The translations under genes and the position numbers were made by a program. The notes beneath the pieces were generated by a model that saw only the letters and a list, made by a program, of their open reading frames with translations, made no database searches and had not been told where the DNA came from. From NCBI GenBank assembly GCA_944384705.1, contig CALWUI010000003.1, positions 1,544-65,543 on the forward strand: 64,000 nucleotides of DNA, given 5' to 3'. This document shows positions 56,524 through 64,000 of this stretch, piece by piece. How positions within the stretch are numbered: the first letter of the stretch is position 1; each line of letters begins with the position of its first letter. Origin of the DNA: an uncultured Clostridia bacterium. GTDB lineage: Bacteria > Bacillota > Clostridia > Oscillospirales > Acutalibacteraceae.

Positions 56524-57720
56524 ATGAAGGCATTTTTTTATAAATATAATTTGCTTATAAAGATAATTATCGCAATTTCTTTAGGAGTTTTAATAGGTCT
56601 TTTTTTGCCTTACGAAATTACAGAGCTTTTTATTGCAATAAATATCATTATAAGTAAGTTATTAAATTTTGCGGTTCCTCTTATAATTATAGCTTTTGTT
56701 ACAAATGGAATTAGTTCTCTAGAAGCTTCAGGTAAGATGTTAGGAATAACAACAGGTATTTCTTATATTTTTATGATATGTGCAGCGTTTTTATCATACT
56801 TTATTTCTATCAACCTTTTTCCAAAATTTCTATATGATGTTCCCCATAATATTTTTGACACAATTTCATCACCAAATGGAACAGTCTTTTCTCAGTTATC
56901 TCAAATTAATATTACTCCGATTATGGATGTTGTTCCTGCACTTATTTTAGCTTTTATTATTGGGATCGGTGTATCAACAATAAAAGAAAGTTACATAAAA
57001 AAATGTCTTAATGAATTTCATAATATTATAAATCTTATGGTTCAAAAATTAATTATTCCAATTCTTCCTTTATATGTACTTGGAATTTTTGCAAAAATGT
57101 CTGCATCCGGTCAGGTTTTTAAAATTCTTTCAGTTTTTTCAAAGGTATTTATCGTTATAATTACACTGCATATTTTTACACTATTTGCTCAATATTTTAT
57201 TGCAGGAGTGATAGCTAAAAGGAATCCATTTAAGCTATTAAAAAATATTATTCCAGCGTATTTGTCTGCAATTGCGACTCAATCTTCTGTGGCGGTTATT
57301 CCAATCACTATCGACTGTTCCAAAAAGAATGGAGTATCTTCTAATATTGCAGATTTTGTATTGCCTTTATGTTCCACAATTCATTTATCTGGGAGCGTAA
57401 TTTCTATAACGGCGTGTTCTATTGCTGTAATGCTAGTTAGTGAAAAACCAATTGAATTTGCAGCTATGCTACCGTTTATAATGGTTCTGGGTGTAATGAT
57501 GGTTGCAGCACCTGGAGTCCCATGTGGAGCTATTTTGGCAGCATCCGGAATTTTACAGTCAATGTTAGGATTTGATGGATCTATGTTATCATTAATTATA
57601 GCGTTACATGTAGCTCAAGATGGTTTTGGAACCGCTTGCAATGTTTCTGGAGATGGTGCTATTGCCGTAATATTAGAAGCATTAAATCAAAGGATTTTTA
57701 ATAAAGAGCTATCCATTTAA
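56524..57720 (+). CDS. dicarboxylate/amino acid:cation symporter family transporter (SstT-like)
   Basis: 398 aa. DAACS-like reentrant loop motifs (ATQSSVAVIP, NVSGDGA). Confidence 0.8.
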   Translation: MKAFFYKYNLLIKIIIAISLGVLIGLFLPYEITELFIAINIIISKLLNFAVPLIIIAFVTNGISSLEASGKMLGITTGISYIFMICAAFLSYFISINLFPKFLYDVPHNIFDTISSPNGTVFSQLSQINITPIMDVVPALILAFIIGIGVSTIKESYIKKCLNEFHNIINLMVQKLIIPILPLYVLGIFAKMSASGQVFKILSVFSKVFIVIITLHIFTLFAQYFIAGVIAKRNPFKLLKNIIPAYLSAIATQSSVAVIPITIDCSKKNGVSSNIADFVLPLCSTIHLSGSVISITACSIAVMLVSEKPIEFAAMLPFIMVLGVMMVAAPGVPCGAILAASGILQSMLGFDGSMLSLIIALHVAQDGFGTACNVSGDGAIAVILEALNQRIFNKELSI

Positions 57721-57755
57721 AGAAAACATTAATATTTTTATATCAAATTTAGCCA

Positions 57756-57815
57756 AAATCACCTCAAGTTACTATACCACTGGAAGTGGTGCAACATGAG
57801 GTGATTTATATTTTT
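57756..57815. terminator. long imperfect hairpin terminator between convergent genes
   Basis: AAATCACCTCA ... TGAGGTGATTT outer stem (11 bp) enclosing a CCAC-TGGAA-GTGG apical hairpin, followed by ATATTTTTG. Confidence 0.55.
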
Positions 57816-57850
57816 GCTTAAAACATACAAATAATATGTTTAGAATTAGT

Positions 57851-60367
57851 TTATGTTGTTGAAATTTCAAATCCACATTGAATTCCGCAATTGTGTGCCA
57901 AATCAACTAGATCTTGTAATTCGTCTTCTGAGAAAGCTGAAATGGTACCACTTAAGGATAACGAACCATCATCGTTTTTCGTAATACGTTGTGCAAGATA
58001 GGTAACATCATTCTTGAAAGCATCGACTGTGTCAGGCGAAATTCGAGTTAAAATTTGATCATTATTAACCATATTGTTGGCATAGAACCAATCAAAAATG
58101 TGTGAATATTGCGAATCTGCAGAAGTAAACCTACCGCGACTGAAAGAGGTATAATTAAAGGTTTTTTCAAATCCACATTGAAATCCAGCTTCATGAGCAA
58201 AGTTAATTATACGCTCGAATTCCGCGCTATTGCTATTCCAGTAACCACGACCTGTTCTTCCGGCAAAGTAATATTTTCCACTTTTATCCTTATTAAGCTG
58301 GTCAGCCAAGTGCTGTATATCAGTTTTTAAACCTGCTAAATCTTCCGATTTAACTTGCTCAAAACTTGAGATTTTATTTAAAGTTTCTAACAGATGCTTA
58401 GCTTGTTGTGTTGCTGTCCGTCCCAAATGCCCAAACTGAGTATATGAAACCGAATTTTCAGAAGGTATGCCTAATTCATTACTCATATCATCAAGAATTT
58501 TTTGAACTGCATCTATATCGAAGTGTATTTCGGATAAATGAGTATTATAGTCACGTTCAGCGTCGACTATTGCAGGGTGAGCAACAGTAATTGATTCATT
58601 CCAAACACTAGAATTGTTAACATTATCCAGCGTAATAAAAGCACTACCTTCAGGGAAATCAATAGAGAAGTAATATGACTTTATTGTTCTAATATGATCA
58701 ACTATAGCATCTGTATTCTTCATTACATTAAACAACGCAAGTTTACCAGCATCTGTTTTTGCAATTTCTTGTATGTTAGAGTCGTTGGATGAGGCACCGT
58801 AAGTAACAGGTTTTTCCGGCAGTAATTTTAGAATTGCTTTTTCAACTACATCGGCTTGGCCGGCTTTAATAGCCCTATCATTAAATATAAAGTTTTCATT
58901 CGTTGTGCTTCTTAGAGAACTCAAATAAGCATCAGGAAGCGACTCCAAAAAATTATTTTTATTATTATCTTGATAGTTCTGGCATAGTTTTAAAACATCG
59001 ATCTCATGCGTAATAGATGATTTGTTGTCGGCAGAGCGAATAGTAAACTTAATGTCAGTCGAATTGCGCTCATGTATAATGGTAGTACGATCTTTGCAAT
59101 CTAAATGTTCGATCTCAGATTTAAATGAGGAAGAAAGCATGTTGGAAATACTTCTAGCTTGAGATGTTAACTGGGCTGGAGTGAAGGGAACAGAAACGTC
59201 AGTCGAACCATAGCGAGAATTATAAATATTATATAATTGTTCGCGCACATAATTAGCCACAACGTTGGCCACTTCAGAGACTTCATCATTCAGCTCGGGT
59301 GACACAGAGTTATCCGGGCTGTCACCTGTCATCGCACCTGCCAGCAGCATCGCGGGCGTAATAATCTTAGTTAATTGGTATGAAGGTGGCACTTCATCAT
59401 TCAGCTCAGGTGGCACAGAGGTATCCGGGCTGTCATCTGTCATCGCACCTGCCAGCGGAATCGCGGGCGTAATAATCTTAGTTAATTGGTATGAAGGTGG
59501 CACTTCATCATTCAGCTCAGGTGGCACAGAGGTATCCGAGCTGTCATCTGTCATCGCACCTGCCAGCGGCATCGCGTGCTTAATAGGCTTAATTTCTAGG
59601 TGTGAAGGTTGCAGCTCAGAGTCAGTATCAACTGAAGAACGTGGAGTTTCAGAAGAAGGTGTTACTGTTGGAGTATTTGTAGTATGCCGAATGGAATTTG
59701 TAGTCGTGCTGCTAGAAACCGCCGGTGCGCCTGTCGTCGCACTTTCTAAACGATTATTATCAGCGGCTTGCTCGGCAACAGGTTGCACACCACTTTGCAT
59801 AGTTTCCTGAAAGTTTTCAGTAAGAGCCTGTTCTTCACCATCTTGAGTTATTTGGCCAGCTGGGGTTGCACTTTCGGACCTTAGACCTGCTTCCGAATTA
59901 ATTTCGTCGCTATTGGAATCAACATCTTCACTTTGAGATTGTTCTACACGTGGATCCGCTTGATTATTTTCTTCATCTGTTTTTGAATAAGTAGTTGATA
60001 TGGATTGGCTTTGTTCAGGGGAAGATGGGAGAAGATTGACTGTAGCTGCTGTACCAAGTGACAAAAATAACACAGAAGCCAATCCAATAGCAGTATTACG
60101 AGGAGAAAGCCCCCCACTTACATCTAATAAATCTTCATCGCTTAATTCCATATATTTTTTGTTAGCATATTCAATCAGTTCGTCAGCAGAAAACTCTAAG
60201 TTTCTTTTCTTTGCTAAAGGAATTATTTTCTCCTCAACAAGATCTTTAAGTTTTGCAAAGTCCGAAGTTTTTAGTTGTACTTCTTTATCCAAACCATTTA
60301 AACTTTTTGCTAACTCTCTATCGCTAGCTACCAAATCATAAAATTTTTTTACGTTTTCTCTAGACAT
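57851..60367 (-). CDS. large (838 aa) protein with a Nif11-like double-glycine leader domain, a hydrophobic helix, an S/T/P-rich repeat region and a duplicated C-terminal module
   Basis: Start at the ATG at 60367 (GGAGAG RBS 8 nt upstream). aa 1-86: MSRENVKKFYDLV..D.EL......IIPLAKKRNLEFSADELIEY....ELSDEDLLDVSGG. A hydrophobic segment follows the GG. 3x37-aa tandem repeat. The two C-terminal modules end in GFQCGFE and GIQCGFE. Confidence 0.7.
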   Translation of the reverse strand: MSRENVKKFYDLVASDRELAKSLNGLDKEVQLKTSDFAKLKDLVEEKIIPLAKKRNLEFSADELIEYANKKYMELSDEDLLDVSGGLSPRNTAIGLASVLFLSLGTAATVNLLPSSPEQSQSISTTYSKTDEENNQADPRVEQSQSEDVDSNSDEINSEAGLRSESATPAGQITQDGEEQALTENFQETMQSGVQPVAEQAADNNRLESATTGAPAVSSSTTTNSIRHTTNTPTVTPSSETPRSSVDTDSELQPSHLEIKPIKHAMPLAGAMTDDSSDTSVPPELNDEVPPSYQLTKIITPAIPLAGAMTDDSPDTSVPPELNDEVPPSYQLTKIITPAMLLAGAMTGDSPDNSVSPELNDEVSEVANVVANYVREQLYNIYNSRYGSTDVSVPFTPAQLTSQARSISNMLSSSFKSEIEHLDCKDRTTIIHERNSTDIKFTIRSADNKSSITHEIDVLKLCQNYQDNNKNNFLESLPDAYLSSLRSTTNENFIFNDRAIKAGQADVVEKAILKLLPEKPVTYGASSNDSNIQEIAKTDAGKLALFNVMKNTDAIVDHIRTIKSYYFSIDFPEGSAFITLDNVNNSSVWNESITVAHPAIVDAERDYNTHLSEIHFDIDAVQKILDDMSNELGIPSENSVSYTQFGHLGRTATQQAKHLLETLNKISSFEQVKSEDLAGLKTDIQHLADQLNKDKSGKYYFAGRTGRGYWNSNSAEFERIINFAHEAGFQCGFEKTFNYTSFSRGRFTSADSQYSHIFDWFYANNMVNNDQILTRISPDTVDAFKNDVTYLAQRITKNDDGSLSLSGTISAFSEDELQDLVDLAHNCGIQCGFEISTT
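59280..59612 (-). repeat. 3 x 111-bp in-frame tandem repeat inside the large Nif11-leader protein gene
   Basis: Units at 59280-59390, 59391-59501 and 59502-59612. They encode PLAGAMTDDS.DTSVPPELNDEVPPSYQLTKIITPA.. The segment is locally much more GC-rich than the rest of the window. Confidence 0.9.
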
Positions 60368-60396
60368 TTTAAACACTCTCCTTTTAATTTTAATAT

Positions 60397-61359
60397 TTAC
60401 TTAACCTCATTATAAAATTCTAAAATCATTTTTAAATCTTCCTGATCCAAATTAGCATCTTCTGCAGAATACCGTCTGAATTGACCTTGTAAATACAATG
60501 TTCCGTCTGGTGCTTCTTTTATTTGATTCCCAACATGTTTTATATCTGATATAAGCAATGGTCTATGGTTTTCGTCCACATCGTCTAAGGATATATATTG
60601 AACCTTATTTAAAAATTGAACCAATCTATTTGCTTGATAATTAAGGCTGATAGCAAAGTCTTTCACACTTTTAACATAACTTTTAACATCTATCGAAATT
60701 TCATCTTCAAGTTCTTGAATTTTTGAGTTAGCCTCTTGTAATTCTTCCTCTAGATCTTGGATTTCCTTAGACTGGTTTGAAATTTGTAATAAAAGTTTTT
60801 GCTCATCGTCAACTTTATATCCAAAACGAACATGTTTACTCTTTTTTAGCTCTTCTTGAATCTTCGCTATTTGTTGTTTAAGTCCTTCATTTTCTTGTTG
60901 CAATTGAGCAATTTGAATATTTTCTTGTTGTGTTTGATTTGTAGCTTCATTTGCTTGCTCAGTTTGCGTTTCAACACTATTTGTTTGAACAATTGGCGGT
61001 GGATCAACAGCATAGGTTGAGTGAGACAATCCTCCTGCAATAGGTCCAGCTAAGCTCATAAAAGAGAAGAGTCCTGCAACTGCTTTGCCAGCTAAATTTA
61101 AACCTCCGGAAACATTTAATAAATCGTCTTCATCTAGTGCCCCAATTTGTTCTTTTGTGTAGTCAATAAATTCCTCTGGTGTAAAGTCTAAATGATTTTT
61201 CCTTGCAATTGGAATAATTTTTTGAGAAATAACGTATTCATCATTAAAAGTTTTATTATTTTCTTGATGAACTTTCTCCTTAACATTTATTATTTGTTTT
61301 CTAATTTTATTATCAGACTTTAACAGTTCATAGAATTTTTCTACGTTCGCTCGAGACAT
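60397..61359 (-). CDS. 320-aa paralog with the same Nif11-like double-glycine leader domain, a hydrophobic helix, a coiled-coil and one copy of the shared C-terminal module
   Basis: MSRANVEKFYELL.SD..I....IIPIARKNHLDFTPEEFIDY....ALDEDDLLNVSGG, with GG at aa 85-86 exactly as in the downstream paralog. Q/E-rich coiled-coil. 20-nt gap to the next gene. Confidence 0.7.
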   Translation of the reverse strand: MSRANVEKFYELLKSDNKIRKQIINVKEKVHQENNKTFNDEYVISQKIIPIARKNHLDFTPEEFIDYTKEQIGALDEDDLLNVSGGLNLAGKAVAGLFSFMSLAGPIAGGLSHSTYAVDPPPIVQTNSVETQTEQANEATNQTQQENIQIAQLQQENEGLKQQIAKIQEELKKSKHVRFGYKVDDEQKLLLQISNQSKEIQDLEEELQEANSKIQELEDEISIDVKSYVKSVKDFAISLNYQANRLVQFLNKVQYISLDDVDENHRPLLISDIKHVGNQIKEAPDGTLYLQGQFRRYSAEDANLDQEDLKMILEFYNEVK

Positions 61360-61425
61360 ACATTTTTTCGCCTCCTTATTAACTGAAATACCTATTTTAT
61401 TAATATTTTATATTAGCTTATTTGT

Positions 61426-61454
61426 ATATTATCACAAATAAAAAACAATGTCAA
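61426..61454 (-). promoter_or_regulatory. sigma-A promoter for the two-gene Nif11-leader operon
   Basis: On the minus strand: TTGACA (61454-61449), 17-nt spacer, TAATAT (61431-61426). Confidence 0.55.
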
Positions 61455-61556
61455 CACTTTTTAAAGAAAATAAATAAAAATAATTGAAACATAATTAATT
61501 TTATGATAAAATTAATAAAAATAAGACTTATTAGCAAGAAAGTAGGCGTAAGAAAA

Positions 61557-63020
61557 ATGTTTTTTAGCAAATATTTCAAAGATAAGAAAAAAATTTTTAT
61601 ATCAGGGGTCATAATTACTTTAATTATTTTCTTTACTATATTTTTAATACAATATAATAATCGAATAAGTGCTATTGGCTGGCACGAATCGGAAAATGGA
61701 AGATACTACATATTAGAAAATAATCAGAAAGCATTAGGCTTTACAGATATTGATGGAAATACATACTATTTTGGCAGTGATGGATTTTTACGCACATCTT
61801 GGCAAGAGATTGAAGGTGAAAAATATTATTTCGATTCAGATGGTATTCTCCAAAAGGGTACAAAAAAAATAGACGGACTAGATTATCATTTTGATGAAGA
61901 TACTGGTATTCTTTATACTGGATTTAGAGATATAAATAATCAAAAATATTATTTTGATGATCAAGGATTTGCTAAAAGTGGATTTTTAAATCTTAGTGGA
62001 AGAAAATATTTTCTTAACGATGATGGAGCGGTTCAAACGGGGTTAAAAGATATCGACTCTAAAACATATTTTTTTAGTAACGATGGTGTCTTACAAACGG
62101 GACTAATATCAGATGGAAATGATACGTACTATGCAAATGAAGATGGTGTTTTGCAGACAGGCTATGTGGATTTAAATGGGAAAAACGTATATTTTAATGA
62201 TTCATACAATTTAGCAAAAGGCTGGACAACAATAAATGGGATAAATTATTATTTTAACAACGATGGTGAAAAAGTTACCGGTAAACAAGAAATTGACTCG
62301 CAGTTATATTATCTAAACGATGACGGAGCACTAATTACTGGCTGGGTAAGTGAAAATGGTAAAAAGTATTATAAAGACAAATATGGTAAAAATTTAGTTG
62401 GAACTCATAGAATAGGGCAAAAAATATATGTCTTCGATAATTCAGGAGCACTAACCAAAACTCAAAATGTATCCAATATAAAAAACAAAAAAGCAAACAA
62501 AGAAAATAAAGAAAGTAAAGAAAAAGATCCGCCACAAAAGGACGAACCAAAGCAAGAAGAATATTATGCCAAAACATATAATAATCCAGAGTATAACATT
62601 TTGCCAATAGATGAGCCGGATGAATTAGATGTTGAAGCCATAGAAGAAATATTGTGTGATACAAATAGCAGCAAATTTAGTATAAGCTCTATATTAGATT
62701 CTACCGGAACAAGTTTAGTTAGTATTTATAACTATGTTCGAAATAATATGCATTATGTTAATGCTCCTGGAGGAAGTACTGAAGAATTAGTAAATTTTGC
62801 GTTAGAAAATGGTGGGGGTACTTCTCAACACTATGCCGCGTTAATGTACAAATTATTAACTAAAGCAGGTTACAATGCAAAAATAGTTCAAGGCTCATTG
62901 CGAGGTAACCCACATTATTGGAATCAGGTGGAATTAAATGGAGTATGGTACCATATAGATGCGTTGCTTGGTAAGTATATGATTCCTGAAGATCAGCTTG
63001 GTGCAGCATATTGTTATTAA
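61557..63020 (+). CDS. cell-wall-binding-repeat protein with a C-terminal transglutaminase-like domain
   Basis: N-terminal TM/signal anchor. About 12 choline-binding/CW_binding_1-type 20-aa repeats (..G..YYF..DG.L.TG). Lys/Glu-rich linker. C-terminal transglutaminase-core-like region (GGGTSQHYAALMYKLL...PHYWNQV...WYHIDAL). An alternative upstream ATG lies at 61503. Confidence 0.7.
   Translation: MFFSKYFKDKKKIFISGVIITLIIFFTIFLIQYNNRISAIGWHESENGRYYILENNQKALGFTDIDGNTYYFGSDGFLRTSWQEIEGEKYYFDSDGILQKGTKKIDGLDYHFDEDTGILYTGFRDINNQKYYFDDQGFAKSGFLNLSGRKYFLNDDGAVQTGLKDIDSKTYFFSNDGVLQTGLISDGNDTYYANEDGVLQTGYVDLNGKNVYFNDSYNLAKGWTTINGINYYFNNDGEKVTGKQEIDSQLYYLNDDGALITGWVSENGKKYYKDKYGKNLVGTHRIGQKIYVFDNSGALTKTQNVSNIKNKKANKENKESKEKDPPQKDEPKQEEYYAKTYNNPEYNILPIDEPDELDVEAIEEILCDTNSSKFSISSILDSTGTSLVSIYNYVRNNMHYVNAPGGSTEELVNFALENGGGTSQHYAALMYKLLTKAGYNAKIVQGSLRGNPHYWNQVELNGVWYHIDALLGKYMIPEDQLGAAYCY
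61677..62455 (+). repeat. array of about 60-bp coding repeats (cell-wall-binding repeats)
   Basis: Recurrent G(W/F)..(I/L)(D/N)G..YYF..DG....G peptide period seen throughout this span. Boundaries are approximate. Confidence 0.6.
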
Positions 63021-63043
63021 AAATTACTGAAGAAATTTGCTTT

Positions 63044-63298
63044 TTAATATTGCATTCGAATTATCTCTTCAAGGGCTTTAGATAACTGGTCTGGACAAGA
63101 AGTTCCTCTGCCAGCACAATCGATTCCTCGACATTTGTTTATTACATTCTCAATCTTCATACCCTTTACTAGAGCGGAGATACCTTGAGTGTTTCCGCTA
63201 CATCCGCCTATAAATTCTACTTCTTTTATTATGCCTTCCTCAACATTAACTATTATTTGCCGAGAACAAGTTTTATTAGTTTTATAAGTATAAATCAT
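63044..63298 (-). CDS. TSCPD-domain small protein (TIGR03905-like)
   Basis: 84 aa from the ATG at 63298. GGCSGNTQGISALVKG and RGTSCPDQLSKAL motifs. Confidence 0.7.
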   Translation of the reverse strand: MIYTYKTNKTCSRQIIVNVEEGIIKEVEFIGGCSGNTQGISALVKGMKIENVINKCRGIDCAGRGTSCPDQLSKALEEIIRMQY

Positions 63299-63419
63299 AA
63301 GCAACCTCAAATAAATTAAAATTTTTATATATTTTCTTATTCATTTTTGAACTCAATTTGTATTATAAAATAGCTAAAACTTCTTGTCAATTTGAATGTT
63401 TTATCTATATTAATGCACT

Positions 63420-63448
63420 TTGTAAGTTTAGATATTTTGTGTTATAAT
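63420..63448 (+). promoter_or_regulatory. sigma-A promoter with extended -10 upstream of the DnaD-like gene
   Basis: TTGTAA (63420-63425), 17-nt spacer, TGTTATAAT (TATAAT at 63443-63448). Confidence 0.5.
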
Positions 63449-63466
63449 AAATTTGAGGTGCAAAAA

Positions 63467-64000
63467 ATGAATTTATCTATTAATCTCGGTGCTTGGAATT
63501 CTTTATTTGCGATTCCTTGTGACGTTGTTGACAAACATATAAAGCTAGCTGGTTCAGCTCAGCTAAAAGTGCTTTTGTTTATATTAAGGCATGCTGGAGA
63601 GAAAATTTCTACAGTAGAAATTGCAAATGCACTTTCTATGAGCGAAATCGATGTTAAAGATTCTATGCAGTATTGGTTAGAAACTAATATAATTTCAAGG
63701 GATTCTTTAACTAATTTTGATGAGAATTTTACTGTTCGAAAAGAAGCTAGTGATAGCAATAGTATATGTGTTATTGATAAAAGTGAATTTAATGGAAATT
63801 TAAATAGGTTGCCCTGTAGAGCAGAAAAGCCTGATTCTGCATTTGTGGCAAAACGAATTAATGAGTCGGATGAAATTTCTTTTTTGATGCAGGAAGCACA
63901 AGTTATTTTATCTAGACCAATTTCCAATGGAGATAGTGCAACTTTATTAATGATACATGATACAGATGGATTACCTGTTGATGTGATTTTAATGCTGATG
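63467..64000 (+). CDS. DnaD/DnaB_2-domain replication-initiation-like protein, 5' part (runs off the window)
   Basis: Not in the ORF track because it has no in-window stop. Hand translation: MNLSINLGAWNSLFAIPCDVVDKHIKLAGSAQLKVLLFILRHAGEKISTVEIANALSMSEIDVKDSMQYWLETNII..., a winged-helix N-domain typical of DnaD-like proteins. GAGGTG RBS. The frame is open to base 64000. Confidence 0.6.
   Translation, partial: MNLSINLGAWNSLFAIPCDVVDKHIKLAGSAQLKVLLFILRHAGEKISTVEIANALSMSEIDVKDSMQYWLETNIISRDSLTNFDENFTVRKEASDSNSICVIDKSEFNGNLNRLPCRAEKPDSAFVAKRINESDEISFLMQEAQVILSRPISNGDSATLLMIHDTDGLPVDVILMLM

Noticed and set aside
1-64000. Window-wide scan for CRISPR arrays, IS elements/transposases, integrases, restriction-modification or classic defence-gene clusters, and rRNA.
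   Set aside because: No regularly spaced direct repeats with unique spacers. No DDE or serine/tyrosine recombinase-like ORFs and no rRNA-like sequence. The only tandem repeats are coding (59280-59612, the LysM duplication and the cell-wall-binding repeats).

Overview
AT-rich (roughly 30% GC by eye) Firmicutes/Clostridia-type chromosomal window. It is densely packed with core housekeeping genes in Bacillus-like syntenies. These are: a D-2-hydroxyacid dehydrogenase, miaB, a ylbF/ymcA-family gene and mutS-mutL-miaA; sepF-divIVA-ileS-lspA-rluD; a yaaO-like decarboxylase, darA, holB, ricT(yaaT), an unlisted ferredoxin, a yabB-like methyltransferase and rsmI; sigG; an rlmB / P-type-ATPase-like / LCP operon; murE-murF; rarA, glyA and alr; recJ-relA; queT and trkH; and three tRNAs (CAU, Tyr, Thr). 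I saw no CRISPR array, transposase, integrase or rRNA, and no clear defence island. Most of the window is ordinary. The parts worth a second look are listed here. (1) A two-gene operon (57851-61359, minus strand) encodes paralogous proteins. Their first 86 aa look like a Nif11-type double-glycine (GG) leader, but the leader is followed by a hydrophobic helix and 752 or 234 further residues instead of a short peptide core. (2) A strongly promoted small GG-leader peptide gene (36092-36217) is interrupted or recoded at an A7 tract. (3) Two GC-enriched, sequence-unrelated cloverleaf-like four-way-junction RNA folds each end about 50 nt upstream of a start codon (16386-16487 and 23112-23203). (4) A P-type-ATPase-like membrane protein has lost every catalytic motif. 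(5) A membrane-anchored single-domain ClpB-D2/torsin-like AAA+ ATPase. (6) A substrate-binding protein is paired with a sensor-like N-terminus fused to an MFS domain. (7) An operon of three small proteins of unknown function. No C39-peptidase ABC exporter for the GG-leader proteins lies in the window. All functional calls come from motif recognition by eye; no database search was run.
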